Assembly (NCBI GenBank): GCA_011109175.1
Contig: RDEW01000001.1
Location: forward strand, 2,325,863 to 2,389,862
Origin: Dicyema japonicum
Taxonomy: Eukaryota > Animalia > Dicyemida
Direction of reading: 5' to 3'
DNA: 64,000 bases
The stretch's first letter is position 1; every line of letters begins with the position of its first letter. The notes beneath the pieces were generated by a model that was not told the DNA's origin, made no database searches, and was given only the letters and a program-made list of their open reading frames with translations. Of the stretch, positions 27,280-40,699 are shown piece after piece. The position numbers were made by a program, and so were the translations under genes.

Positions 27280-28600
27280 AAAGAGACTTCAATTTGGCAC
27301 GATGTTCCTTCTCGAGTCCACGTAAGTAAGCATCGGTCGTATAACTGATTCCTCGTAGTCACAACGGCACGTTCCTCGGATCTTACGTATTAAGAATTCC
27401 AGAGGCATTTGACACTGGAACTTTCCAGAAGTTCATCGATCCGTAATTTTAGAATCATTTTTTGGCTAACTTCTATTTTTATGGGNAGTAAGCATCGGTC
27501 GTATAACTGATTCCTCATAGTCACAACGGCACGTTCCTCGGATCTTACGTATTAAGAATTCCAGAGGCATTTGAGACTGGGACTTTCCAGAAGTTCATCG
27601 ATCCGTAATTTTAGAATCATTTTTGGCTAACTTCTATTTTTATGGGCCCACGAAGCACACGCGCATGGTCGACTTACTTTTTGTAGATAGATTTCAAGAC
27701 TGGTTAACGTCAAGTCACACTCATAAATAGCTTGTCTTCCCGGATGATGTTTATCTAAAGAAATGACCTTAACTATTCATTAAGAGAAAGACGTGGTCAT
27801 TGGGTGACCCATCTTTAAGTAGTCTCATCATCTTTAGTGCTCTCAAGATCTCTTTCATTATTTGTATGGTCGTGTTATAGATAGATGCTACCGGAAATAA
27901 AACTATGCACTCATTTCCCTAACAAGAACCTGGTGGTTGGTACTTTCTTAGATCAGAAAACTTATATAAGTTTTAAGTTGATACGAAAAAACTATGCACT
28001 CATTTCCCTAACAAGAACCTGGTGGTTGGTACTTTCTTAGATCAGAAAACTTATATAAGTTTTAAGTTGATACGAATCGGGAGTCGTCGATCTTCTTTAG
28101 GTTTGTCTTTGTAAGGTTTGTTCCCCATAGCAGCCGTAGTTGATAGTTGGTTTGATATATTGAATGTATAGGGGACTGAATGATTTCTTGCATTGTCCAA
28201 AAAGTGCCTTCACAAAGTTCAACTTTGTTGGAAGACATTGTTTAACTTAACATGTCTCTATGGTAGAATCGAAGATGTCTCCCAATATTTTCACATTGTT
28301 TTACATGGAAGTTGGTTTACATTAAAAACCAGGGGTTGATCAGCCTTTCATTCGAAGTAAGTATTGTAATGCATGACTTCCCTCCGCTTGTTTACAATAA
28401 GCCTGTCTCTCGTCATTTTTAGGCGGTCAAACAGGTCAAGGAGATGTCCAGATGGTCTCTGGGGCATCAGGAAATCAAAAGTGAGTACTACACCATCCGT
28501 GTATGTAAAAATTAGTGTAATACGGAGGTTTGACTATCAAGCCACTCAGAAAACATCGAACGACATTCATTGACCCCGGATACACTGAGAAAGAAGTTAA
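27280..28600 (-). mobile_element. Ty3/Gypsy-like RT-RNaseH remnant
   Basis: YTDGVVL (degenerate YxDD) ...HLLDLFDRLK.. and TTDAYLRGL (RNaseH TDAS-like) on the minus strand; very decayed. Confidence 0.45.
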
Positions 28601-28965
28601 AGTTAACAACTTATTAAGTGTATCCAGTTTCCACTTCTACAAAAACAAAGTCCATCCGGAATCAACATAAAAGTAAGACGTCCATTACATGCAGTTGTGG
28701 AAACCCCTCCAGTGGAGTTGTGGAAACGACTCATGATAGTACTTTTAATCAAGGTTTACATTGGAGACATCCATCCACATGCAGTTGTGGAAACCCCTCC
28801 AGTGGAGTTGTGGAAACGACTCATGATAGTACTTTTAATCAAGGTTTACATTGGAGACATCCATCCTGAATTCAATTTTGAAAATTGCTATTATAAAATA
28901 TTAAATTATTTTAAATTAATAATAAAATTTTAAACTTAAAAGCTTCGCTCTTTGTTGTTTGATCT

Positions 28966-29389
28966 ATGAACGCTCCTCCTTCCTTCGAGTCTTTTTTACT
29001 ATTTGACGGTGAAAATAAGTATTAAATAAACTAAAATTTAAGGATCACAATGGAGAGGGAAGCTAAAGTCAGAAACGCAGCAGTCTTCAAAATTTTAAAG
29101 GAGGATCATACTTTGGGCAATCTACTGGCAGTGTATCTTTAATGCATTATTGCAGTCAATTAAGGAAGGATAAAAATGTGATATTTGCTGGTTACAAAGT
29201 CCCCCATCCTTTTGTATATGAAACAATTATACGTGTGCAGACGTCATCATCCGACTATTCCCCTTTGGATGCTCTGAAGAACGCAGTCTCTGATTTATGC
29301 TCTGAGTTTTCACTTTTGGGAGAGCGCCTTAAGGTTTCTTTGTCTTTATTTTGTAGGAGGCCATCGATTCTAGAAATTTTCTTGATTAG
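28966..29389 (+). CDS. POLR2J: RNA polymerase II subunit RPB11 (4 exons)
   Basis: [18 protein letters not shown]|ITMER...[11 protein letters not shown]|[18 protein letters not shown]...LGERLK|[10 protein letters not shown]; introns 29019-29042, 29133-29155, 29334-29356 (24/23/23 nt, GT-AG). Confidence 0.96.
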
Positions 29390-29689
29390 AATTTTTAATA
29401 TTTCAAATTGTTACTTGAACTTGTTTATTTATTTTTATGGCTGGAAAATTTGTGAGTTTCAGTGTGATCCATTATTATTAATAGTAAATTATAATCTTTC
29501 ACCTGGTTAGCAGTCCTTGTCTAGCATAGTACCACTTTGGTATGTGGCGGTATTACTAGCACACATGAAGACATTTGGGATGTAAGGGGGTTATGAAAAA
29601 ACGGTATGTGGTGTCTAACTAAGATTTACTTTGTCATATAATTTTTTAAGCCATCATTAATAAAAAGTTAACACTCTAAACTGCGCTTC

Positions 29690-29858
29690 TCGACTTTTTT
29701 TCCGGGACCCCTAAATCCAGAAAATATTTTTTGGGGACCCCTCCCTAATTTTTATATTCAAATTGATTTAATATTAAGTTTTATTTTTTTAAGATAAAGT
29801 CAATAAGACTTTTGATCTTAGGGGATACCACGGATCCCGTTGAGAAACGTTGCTCTAA
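29690..29858 (+). mobile_element. hAT-type element terminus / MITE remnant
   Basis: Ends in GGATCCCGTTGAGAAACGTTGCTCTA, resembling hAT terminal repeats; no matching left end found. Confidence 0.4.
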
Positions 29859-29859
29859 G

Positions 29860-31400
29860 ACAATGGACTCCTCGAAGAGAATGGCTAGAATAGTTTGATT
29901 CAACAGTTTATCCGTGTCACCCTTGTTCCATGCCATTTTTTGTAGGTTGTCGAGATCTTGAAGAGTTTACAATTGATCTTTATTAGGTCGGCATTAAGAA
30001 CAACCGTAAAGGTCTTGGTCTTCCTCTGAATGGGTATTCCTCTGTAAAATACATTTCCATCGAATCATTCGTAAGAGTTGTAGGGTCAAGGCGCAGTATT
30101 TGTCCTAAAAATAAATCTTCGAAGGCTGATCTTGTAATTTGAGTATATTATTTGGTAGGGGGTCTTTTTTGGACACATATATAGCTACCAACTTCATTAT
30201 TATTTAATCCCCACGTGGTTGTACTATATATTGGAATTGGGACTACGAATGCATTGTAGACTCTCAGAAGGTGTTCCAGCTCCAGTTAGTTTGTCGTTTG
30301 ACCAGATCTTTTTCAGTTTGTTTTGGGCGATTGTGGATATCTTTTTTTCAGTTTTTCAGGTCCTCATCATCCCCATCAACGAACTCGTCGTATGTGGCAT
30401 ATTTTCTTTGTATACTGGAGTTTTCGAGNTTCATTATTATTTAATCCCCACGTGGTTGTACTATATATTGGAATTGGGACTACGAATGCATTGTAGACTC
30501 TCAGAAGGTGTTCCAGCTCCAGTTAGTTTGTCGTTTGACCAGATCTTTTTCAGTTTGTTTTGGGCGATTGTGGGTATCTCTTTTTCAGTTTTTCAGGTCC
30601 TCATCATTTTCATCAACGAACTCGTCTTATGTGGCATATTTTCTTTGTATACTAGAGTTTTCGATTTTTTCGGTATCATGTTCAAAAATCGCTTTCAGTA
30701 TTGTCTTGATTTTGTATGTGTTTTCACAAATATAGTCCATATCAGGCCCCACAAAGGATTTTTATACAGTCTACGACATTGGGGAAAACCGCTTCATTAA
30801 AATAAGATCACCAGAGAAAAACAGTTGATTCTGTAAATGGTCTCAAATAGACTGACCGCGGTTATGAGCGTTCTACGTGGTCAGAAGACGCTCAACTTTT
30901 AACTTTAAGAAACTTTATTAACAAAGGTAAGTAAAGAGGGTGTCATTTTGAGGCTTCTTACCACAAGTCCTGCCATAGCTTGGACTCCCATCTGCGACCT
31001 CAGACTCCTTTTATGGTTATTCCGTCCTGCGACATAAGAGTCAGTGATAGCATCTCTTATCAGTAAGTTTGCCATCATTTTCTCTGTTACTTCTCTGACC
31101 GACGCTAATAGCACTTTTCGCCTTCATCTAAAGTCTAGTCGAGCACTGCTTTCATCAATTTTTCAATAAATAAAATAAAAGGCTCCTTGTATGCACTGTA
31201 ATACCGACCATCCAGCCCATCTCAACACATCAGACAGTAGTACGTTATTTTCGTACATCAGAGATTTCTTACTTGGTGGCCTCTGAGACTGAAAACCAAG
31301 CTTCAGAACGTTAAACAATAGAGTGACTCCTCTCTTAAATTTATACGCTTGAACTTTTAGCCCTTATATATGAACGTTCCCATAAAACGATACTGCTCTA
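29860..31400 (-). mobile_element. Decayed LINE (APE and linker region)
   Basis: Weak EEP-like fragments (DSYVAGRNN..MG) and lysine-rich linker; many stops. Confidence 0.4.
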
Positions 31401-31479
31401 CACGTACCACGTGTTATTTTCTTTGTACGCCCTATATTGTTTCTATAAAGCACTGCGAAATCTGACTCCATTTAGAATA

Positions 31480-32181
31480 TTCAGCTAAGAATAGAAAACT
31501 TGAGGAAGAAAGTCGGTTATTTCAAGAAAAATGTAGACTACAGTACTTTTGTACAGCGGATAATGCAAGGACACATTGTTTAACTTGCGACAACAGAATT
31601 GCCATACCAAAAGAGTCAACTTAAAAAGACATAATGAAACTAACCATTGATCTTGCGATAAACAAGACGACCAAATACGTGTTTCAANTTATTTCAAGAA
31701 AAATGTAGACTACAGTACTTTTGTACAGCGGATAATGCAAGGACACATTGTTTAGCTTGCGACAACAGAATTGCCACACCAAAAGAGTCAACTTAAAAAG
31801 ACATAATGAAACTAACCATCGATCTTGCGATAAACAAGACGACCAAATGCGTGTTTCAAGACTCAAAGAATTGAAAGCTAAGTTGACATAGCAACAAGAG
31901 TGTTAGAGCAAACTAATGTCGCGTCTGTTACTGCATTCTATTGCCCTCGGTGGCAAATCTTACAATGACGGAGATTTCAGACAATACAGACTAAGGAGTG
32001 AAAATGATTACTTTGAATGTTTGATTTAAAATGTTATATTTGCTGTTGTGGAGCGTTAGCCGCTGTAGTAGTATTACACTTCAATAAGATTACGGTGTTT
32101 TTCAGATTTGTTGCTGTGGCCCGCTTGTATACTCAAATTATTTTATGCGGCCCTTTTGATTTTTTTGAGTTTTACATGTCT
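31480..32181 (+). mobile_element. Internally deleted hAT (SPIN/GTF2IRD2-like) element
   Basis: KNRKLEEESRLFQEK...YF...HCLTCDNRIAIPKE/LKRHNETNH zinc-finger N-terminus; hAT-like 3' end ATGCGGCCC...GAGTTTACATGTCT. Confidence 0.7.
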
Positions 32182-32279
32182 AATATTTTCTTGTATACAG
32201 GAGTTCATAGATAATATCAGTTGAGTTTCTCTGAAAATTTTTAAGGACACTGCAGATATATCACGAGATAGTGAATCTC

Positions 32280-32830
32280 CCTGAAGATACCGCATGTCGT
32301 ATTAAAATGTTTTATGTCTGCATTCCTCAGTTTGACTGAAGAGAGAGTTGTCCAACAGAATGCTTATTGAATTTCATCTTGGTTTAGTATCTTTTCAAGA
32401 ATCTTCAGTTTGTTTCTGCTTACTGCGTCAACGGACCTCCAAAGGTTTATCCCCAAATATTTAATTGCGTTTTGTATTTTTTGCACAGTCCCCATACCAT
32501 TTGTGCGCCAAAACGGCGTCTGCAGTTGTCTGCCCAGTACAGAATCCACTTTGGCTTGGAGAAAGATATTCGTCCATTTGGTGTCTTATATATTGAGGGT
32601 AATATTAGATAATATTTTTGGTCCTTTTGGTTTTCAGGGTTTTTCTGTTGGGAGTAGTAGTCCTACAAAAAGCTATTCCATTAAGATTTTTGTTATGACT
32701 GACGCTAGTTCAATGAGTCTGTACTTGAACAGTTCTGCGTGTATTACGTGCAGTCAATGCCTCTTGATCATCGTTCATGCCAAGGGTGAAAGGAGTCTTA
32801 TTGTAGTATAGAGACTTTTTCGTTCCATAA
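32280..32830 (-). mobile_element. RTE-like LINE RT fragment, same family as 2300-4060
   Basis: KILSNITLN...MDEYLSPSQSGFCTGQTTADAVLAHKW. Confidence 0.7.
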
Positions 32831-32887
32831 GGGACGTCACCACCTCAACCGAATTTATTGTTTCAGTGTATTAACAAATTTTTTTTA

Positions 32888-33110
32888 GAGCCACGTGGCT
32901 CCATGTGGTGCTGTGTGGCTAGTTGGTCATAAATAATTTTCCTTCTTTCTGATGACGTCATTGGATCCACCTTACTGAGGAGACGCCCAATGCCTACCGT
33001 CATTAAGAGGATCCAACTATTCTTACCCGCTGGATAATGTCGTTACCTGGAGACAGTTATGGAAAGCTGGAACGAGTCAGGATCAAGGAGTTCCCGGGTT
33101 ACACGTGCTT
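32888..33110 (+). repeat. Dispersed ~200-bp GC-richer repeat, copy 1 (copy 2 at 50285-50462, minus strand)
   Basis: Shared CGTCATTGGATCCACCTTACTGAGGAG..CCCAATGCC and GCTGGAAC.AGTCAGGATC blocks. Confidence 0.85.
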
Positions 33111-33962
33111 TGTCATGGTAGGGCGAGAGTACTTGTAATAATATAAATGTCGAAGATGAGGTTAGTTAAGATTGATATCATAAATTTAATAAAATTTAAT
33201 AAATATTACTGAGTTTAACACGTGGAAATTATGTCAATCCTCCCATCATTATTATGTCACATTAAAAGTGTGGCATCACTAATTTGACTTGTCAGTTGGA
33301 TGATTGACCTATCGTTCTCATTCTTTTCTTGGAATAATGGACTCAAAAGACATTGGATAAACCAAGTTTCGGAATGTAAAAANGTTAATAAAATTCAATA
33401 AATATTACTGAGTGTTACACGTGGAAATTATGTCAATCCTCCCATCATTATTATGTCACATTAAAAGTGTGGCATCACCTATTTGACTTGTCAGTTGGAT
33501 GATTGACCTATCGTTCTCATTCTTTTCTTGGAATAATGGACTCAAAAGACATTGGATAAACCAAGTTTCGGAATGTAAAAACGTCAGATACACTCGTCTG
33601 GAGCTAAATTTGTAGAAAGGTGAACGAGTCTGCCTTGAGGAAGAACAAGGTTTGCCCAACTAATTAAGAAGTGACATGCAGTTCATTGGTTTCTGATGGC
33701 GCACAAGTCCAAATGGTACAACAAGACAACCATATTCTTCCCCATCTATCCAACTGGTAGGTATTCTTTCCGACGGAATCTCCACGGACCTTAGCTCCTC
33801 CCACGCTACTGAAATGTAAAGTAGTAAAATTATTTCAGATAAATCACGACTGCTTGAAATAGTTAAATTATTTACTTATAAATATTATTTATTTTAATTT
33901 TATTTAAAAATAAAATTAAAGCGGCCAAAAATATCAAATAACAAGCATCTTGTTTATCATTA

Positions 33963-34972
33963 ATGGAGAAAATTACTTGCCCTTCTGGATACAAAGCAAT
34001 CAACAAACTAGGCCAGGGAACCTATGGAGTGGTCTTCAAAGCCGTGGAGACGACCACTTCAAAGGCAGTGGCTATTAAAAGAGTAATAATAGACGTGTAT
34101 CAAACTACTCGGTTTTATTGTAGAATGTCAGAGGGAGTCCCAAGTAGTGCCATCAGAGAAATCTCATTAATGAAGTCATTGGACCACAGCAATATCATAA
34201 AGTACCAATTCCTTAAATTCAGACTCTTCGACATTATTGTTGAAGAAACTGACCTTTTTATGGTCCTAGAACTAATGGCCTTCAATTTGTACACTTTGAT
34301 GCACAACTACTCCCACGGTGCTCTGTCCCCTCAAATCGTGAGAAGCTACATGTGGCAGATTCTGCTAGCGTTGGAGTATTGCCATGCTAAAAGAATCGTC
34401 CACCGAGATTTAAAACCTCAGAATTTACTGCTTGATAAGTACGGGACGATCAAACTAGCGGATTTTGGTCTTGGGCGGTGTTTCAGCATACCTGTCAAAC
34501 CTTACACTAATCAAGTAGGAATATTTGACATTCTAGGTCGTCTCACTATGGTATCGCCCTCCTGAACTGCTCCTTGGGTCTCTCTACTACACGTCTGCCA
34601 TCGATTTGTGGAGTGTGGGTTGTATCCTCTCAGAGATGGTTCCTTCTATGAGTTTATCCCTTCCAGTGCACGGGAGTGGTTCTATTTAGAGGGGAGTCCG
34701 AAATCGACCAGCTGTTTAAGATTTTTGCGTTGATGGGTATTTGCCACGTGCTACTTTAGGGACGGTTGATGAAGATAATTACCCAGGAGTTAGTTCCTTG
34801 CCTCACTTTAACGCTGCGTTTCCCCGGTGGCCCCGATCTAAGGAAGTCTTCGAGATTGAATCTCTGGGTGAGGACGGTAGGGAACTCCTTCAGGTAACAT
34901 TTGGCTGAGATTGCTGGCCTTGTTAACCTATGACCCGAGTACTAGGATATCGGCTAAAGACTGTTTGAAATG
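33963..34972 (+). CDS. CDK1/2/5-family cyclin-dependent kinase, copy A (truncated at the n join)
   Basis: [34 protein letters not shown]|[10 protein letters not shown]; six short introns. Confidence 0.93.
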
Positions 34973-35663
34973 NACACGTGGAAATTATGTCAATCCTCCC
35001 ATCATTATTATGTCACATTAAAAGTGTGGCATCACCTATTTGACTTGTCAGTTGGATGATTGACCTATCGTTCTTATTCTTTTCTTGGAATAATGGACTC
35101 AAAAGACATTGGATAAACCACGTTTCGGAATGTAAAAACGTCAGATACACTCGTCTGGAGCTAAATTTGTAGAAAGGTGAACGAGTCTACTTTGAGGGAG
35201 AACAAGGTAACTATTAATAGAATTATTAATTTTCGGACATTTCTAATAGAAAATAATTACGGCATACACTACAACATTGGGACTCGATAAATTCTGGTCT
35301 CTCCCATTGACCAGTCACTTATTTAACCCAAAAAACGAAAAGAAATAAGTTGCCCGACTAATTATGAAGTGGCATGCGGTTCGATGGTTTCTGGTGGCGT
35401 ACAAGTCCAAATAAGTGCAACAAGACAACCATATTCTTACCCATCTATCCAACTGGTAAATATTTTTTTCCGACGGAATCTCCACGGAACTTAGCTTCTC
35501 CCACGCTACTGAAATGTAAAGTAGTAAAATTATTTTAGATAAATCACGACTGCTTGAAATAGTTAAATTATTTACTTATAAATATTATTTATTTTAATTT
35601 TATTTTAAAATAAAATTAAAGCGGCCAAAAATATCAAATAACAAGCATCTTGTTTATCATTAA

Positions 35664-36829
35664 ATGGAGAAAATTACTTGCCCTTCTGGATACAAAGCAA
35701 TCAACAAACTAGGCCAGGGAACCTATGGAGTGGTTTTCAAAGCCGTGGAGACGACCACTTCAAAGGCAGTGGCTATTAAAAGAGTAATAATAGACGTGTA
35801 TCAAACTACTCGGTTTTATTGTAGAATGTCAGAGGGAGTCCCAAGTAGTGCCATCAGAGAAATCTCATTAATGAAGTCATTGGACCACAGCAATATCATA
35901 AAGTACCAATTCCTTAAATTCAGACTCTTCGACATTATTGTTGAAGAAACTGACCTTTTTATGGTCCTAGAACTAATGACAGCAATATCATAAAGTACCA
36001 ATTCCTTAAATTCAGACTCTTCGACATTATTGTTGAAGAAACTGACCTTTTTATGGTCCTAGAACTAATGGCCTTCAATTTGTACACTTTGATGCACAAC
36101 TACTCCCACGGTGCTCTGTCCCCTCAAATCGTGAGAAGCTACATGTGGCAGATTCTGCTAGCGTTGGAGTATTGCCATGCTAAAAGAATCGTCCACCGAG
36201 ATTTAAAACCTCAGAATTTACTGCTTGATAAGTACGGGACGATCAAACTAGCGGATTTTGGTCTTGGGCGGTGTTTCAGCATACCTGTCAAACCTTACAC
36301 TAATCAAGTAGGAATATTTGACATTCTAGGTCGTCTCACTATGGTATCGCCCTCCTGAACTGCTCCTTGGGTCTCTCTACTACACGTCTGCCATCGATTT
36401 GTGGAGTGTGGGTTGTATCCTCTCAGAGATGGTTCCTTCTATGAGTTTATCCCTTCCAGTGCACGGGAGTGGTTCTATTTAGAGGGGAGTCCGAAATCGA
36501 CCAGCTGTTTAAGATTTTTGCGTTGATGGGTATTTGCCACGTGCTACTTTAGGGACGGTTGATGAAGATAATTACCCAGGAGTTAGTTCCCTGCCTCACT
36601 TTAACGCTGCGTTTCCCCGGTGGCCCCGTTCTAAGGAAGTCTTCGAGATTGAATCTCTGGATGAGGACGGTAGGGAACTCCTTCAGGTAACATTTGGCTG
36701 AGATTGCTGGCCTTGTTAACCTATGACCCGAGTACTAGGATATCGGCTAAAGACTGTTTGAAATGCAAATATTTTGACGGTGTGGAACAAATCGCCCCTT
36801 CTATGTTTGGCTCAGAGGTGAATCGGTGA
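35664..36829 (+). CDS. CDK1/2/5-family kinase, copy B (complete 3' end; internal ~90-nt tandem duplication causes an apparent frameshift)
   Basis: Near-identical to copy A (a few SNPs); ends ...[23 protein letters not shown]...VNR*. Confidence 0.9.
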
Positions 36830-36841
36830 TTTTTTATCTTT

Positions 36842-37800
36842 TTAATTGATTTTTTTCTTTGAATTATTTTTAAGTTTTTGAGGGATTTTCGGTAGTTCGC
36901 TTTGAAATCGACCATCATTCACGGTACTAGTGAATTATGGCAGGGATCCTATGTGATCTACCTGTGGAGCTTGTTCCTTTATGGTGTTCCAGTGGTAATC
37001 ATCTCGATTATGTTGAGATAATTTTAGTGATGTAAGAATTATGTAGGGTTTATTGATTGAACCGTATTCAATATCTTGTGTTGGAGAGGATTCTTGAAGG
37101 GATCTTTGTTTAGCACGTGTTTAGATAGTAATTAGGAAATCATTTGGAATTGGCGACTCAATTTAGTGAGAACATGAGTTTCTTCTATTCATCCATCTGT
37201 CTTAAGAGTCATGTGCCAGGACAGCAAAAAGGATCATTTTCTTTCTTCCATTTAGCTTGATCATTTCTTGTATAGATTCTCCCAAATGCGGTGGACTTGT
37301 GCGCTTTGAAGGACTTGTCTCCCTAAACTGCGACCATGGGAACTGGATACAATGTTGGCTTTTGTCTCGGTGAGATGTGGTTAATAAAAAGTATTACTTT
37401 CCACTCAAAGATTATCCGTATAGGAGGTTTGAGAATGGAGTAGCATTATTTAGCAATCATGTGATTTTCAACATTTGCGGTAATATGAAAACATTTGTGG
37501 TTACTGTTGATAACAAGTCACACCTAAAACCAGAAATAAATAGCTATGTGAACCCTAAACGTCCATCAGAAACTTCAACTTGGTGTTCAAGCCTTGAGCC
37601 ACACAATTTAGCGATAGAAGAAGAACTGCCCGACCTAACGACACCCTGCATAGGGGAATAAAGGTTTCTAGATTGTTATGCGACAATCTTTTCTCTCCGA
37701 TGATCGACTGTTCCGTCACTTTGTAACCTCTTTTCTAGATAGCCGTGATCTTCACGGCGTTTATCCATGAGATGGATGGGTCCCACGAGCAGCAGCATGT
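36842..37800 (-). CDS. Hypothetical multi-exon protein, convergent with CDK
   Basis: Open segments (SQHNRDDYHWNTIKEQAPQ; GDKSFKAHKSTAFGRIYTR) separated by intron-like GT..AG pieces; no recognised family; boundaries approximate. Confidence 0.3.
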
Positions 37801-37987
37801 ATTGAGCCTTGATCTTGCCTCTAATTAAAGAATTTTCAAAAAGTCTAATTATTATTAATTATTATTGGAGATTATAATTAGATAAATTAGATAAATTAAA
37901 AAAAGTTATATAACATCAAAATATACTCAAACTTTAATTTTCTAATAAATTTAAATTAAAAATCAATACTAATCTTCTGTCTCCTTT

Positions 37988-39844
<1,857 letters not shown>

Positions 39845-40699
39845 CAGTCTCTTCCTTTACTAATATCGATTTTGATGCTTTATTAGAACTCAGGGTCCTC
39901 TAGCTTTTTTCCACCACGGCCGGGATTCAACAAAGATGACTGAGTGGGGGCAGAATAATTTTGAATATATCAAAAATAACTGGGTTGTAATGCATTAAAG
40001 TTAGTGGGACGTTCCAAAATCATGGACTCCCCCATAATTCATGAATCCGATCATTGAAGATGCTTTTACCTGTTCATATGTGTATTCTGGGAACTCGGTC
40101 TTTATCACACTGCTGATTATGTTAGTAGGAAACCATCATTGTCCCAAATTAGTGACCTCTTCTCACAAAACAGAAAGGTAGTGATTTCATTGACTGTTTT
40201 CCTTCTCCTTTGTTCAGGCCAGTGAGGTCAACTGCGGAGGGTATTCAGCAGATTCCAGTAAGGCAAAGTCACCAAATGTATTTAACAACCACAAATTTCT
40301 AAAGTTTCTATAAAGTAACGTTTATTTCCCTAAATAATCTTTTTTCCGTTCACCGTCAAACGGAATTAGAATATAAAAGTTGTCTTCAGACACTTCTATG
40401 ANGTGATTTCATTGACTGTTTCCCGTCTCCTTTGTCCAGGCCAGTGAGAACAACTGCGGAGGGTATCCAGCAGATTTTAGTAAGGCAAGGTCACCAAATG
40501 TATTTAACAACCACAAATTTCTAAAGTTTCTATAAAGTAACGTTTATTTCCCTAAATAATCTTTTTTCCGTTCACCGTCAAACGGAATTAGAATATAAAA
40601 GTTGTCTTGACACTTCTATGATCAGGAAGTTCGACGTCTTCTAGGTTTATGGACATATCCCCTTTTATGATGGTACATTATAAATTATTCCATAACTTG

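Noticed and set aside
28685-28865. Tandem repeat resembling a CRISPR or repeat-protein unit
   Set aside because: Two ~90-bp identical copies with no spacers, in the same class as the other assembly-type duplications; eukaryotic context.
32955-32980. DPPY adenine-methyltransferase motif in both repeat copies
   Set aside because: Immediately followed by TGA, with no other MTase motifs and a non-conserved frame.
32949-33000. CTGATGA hammerhead-ribozyme core
   Set aside because: No GAAA after a stem II, and the motif is not conserved in the second copy of the repeat.
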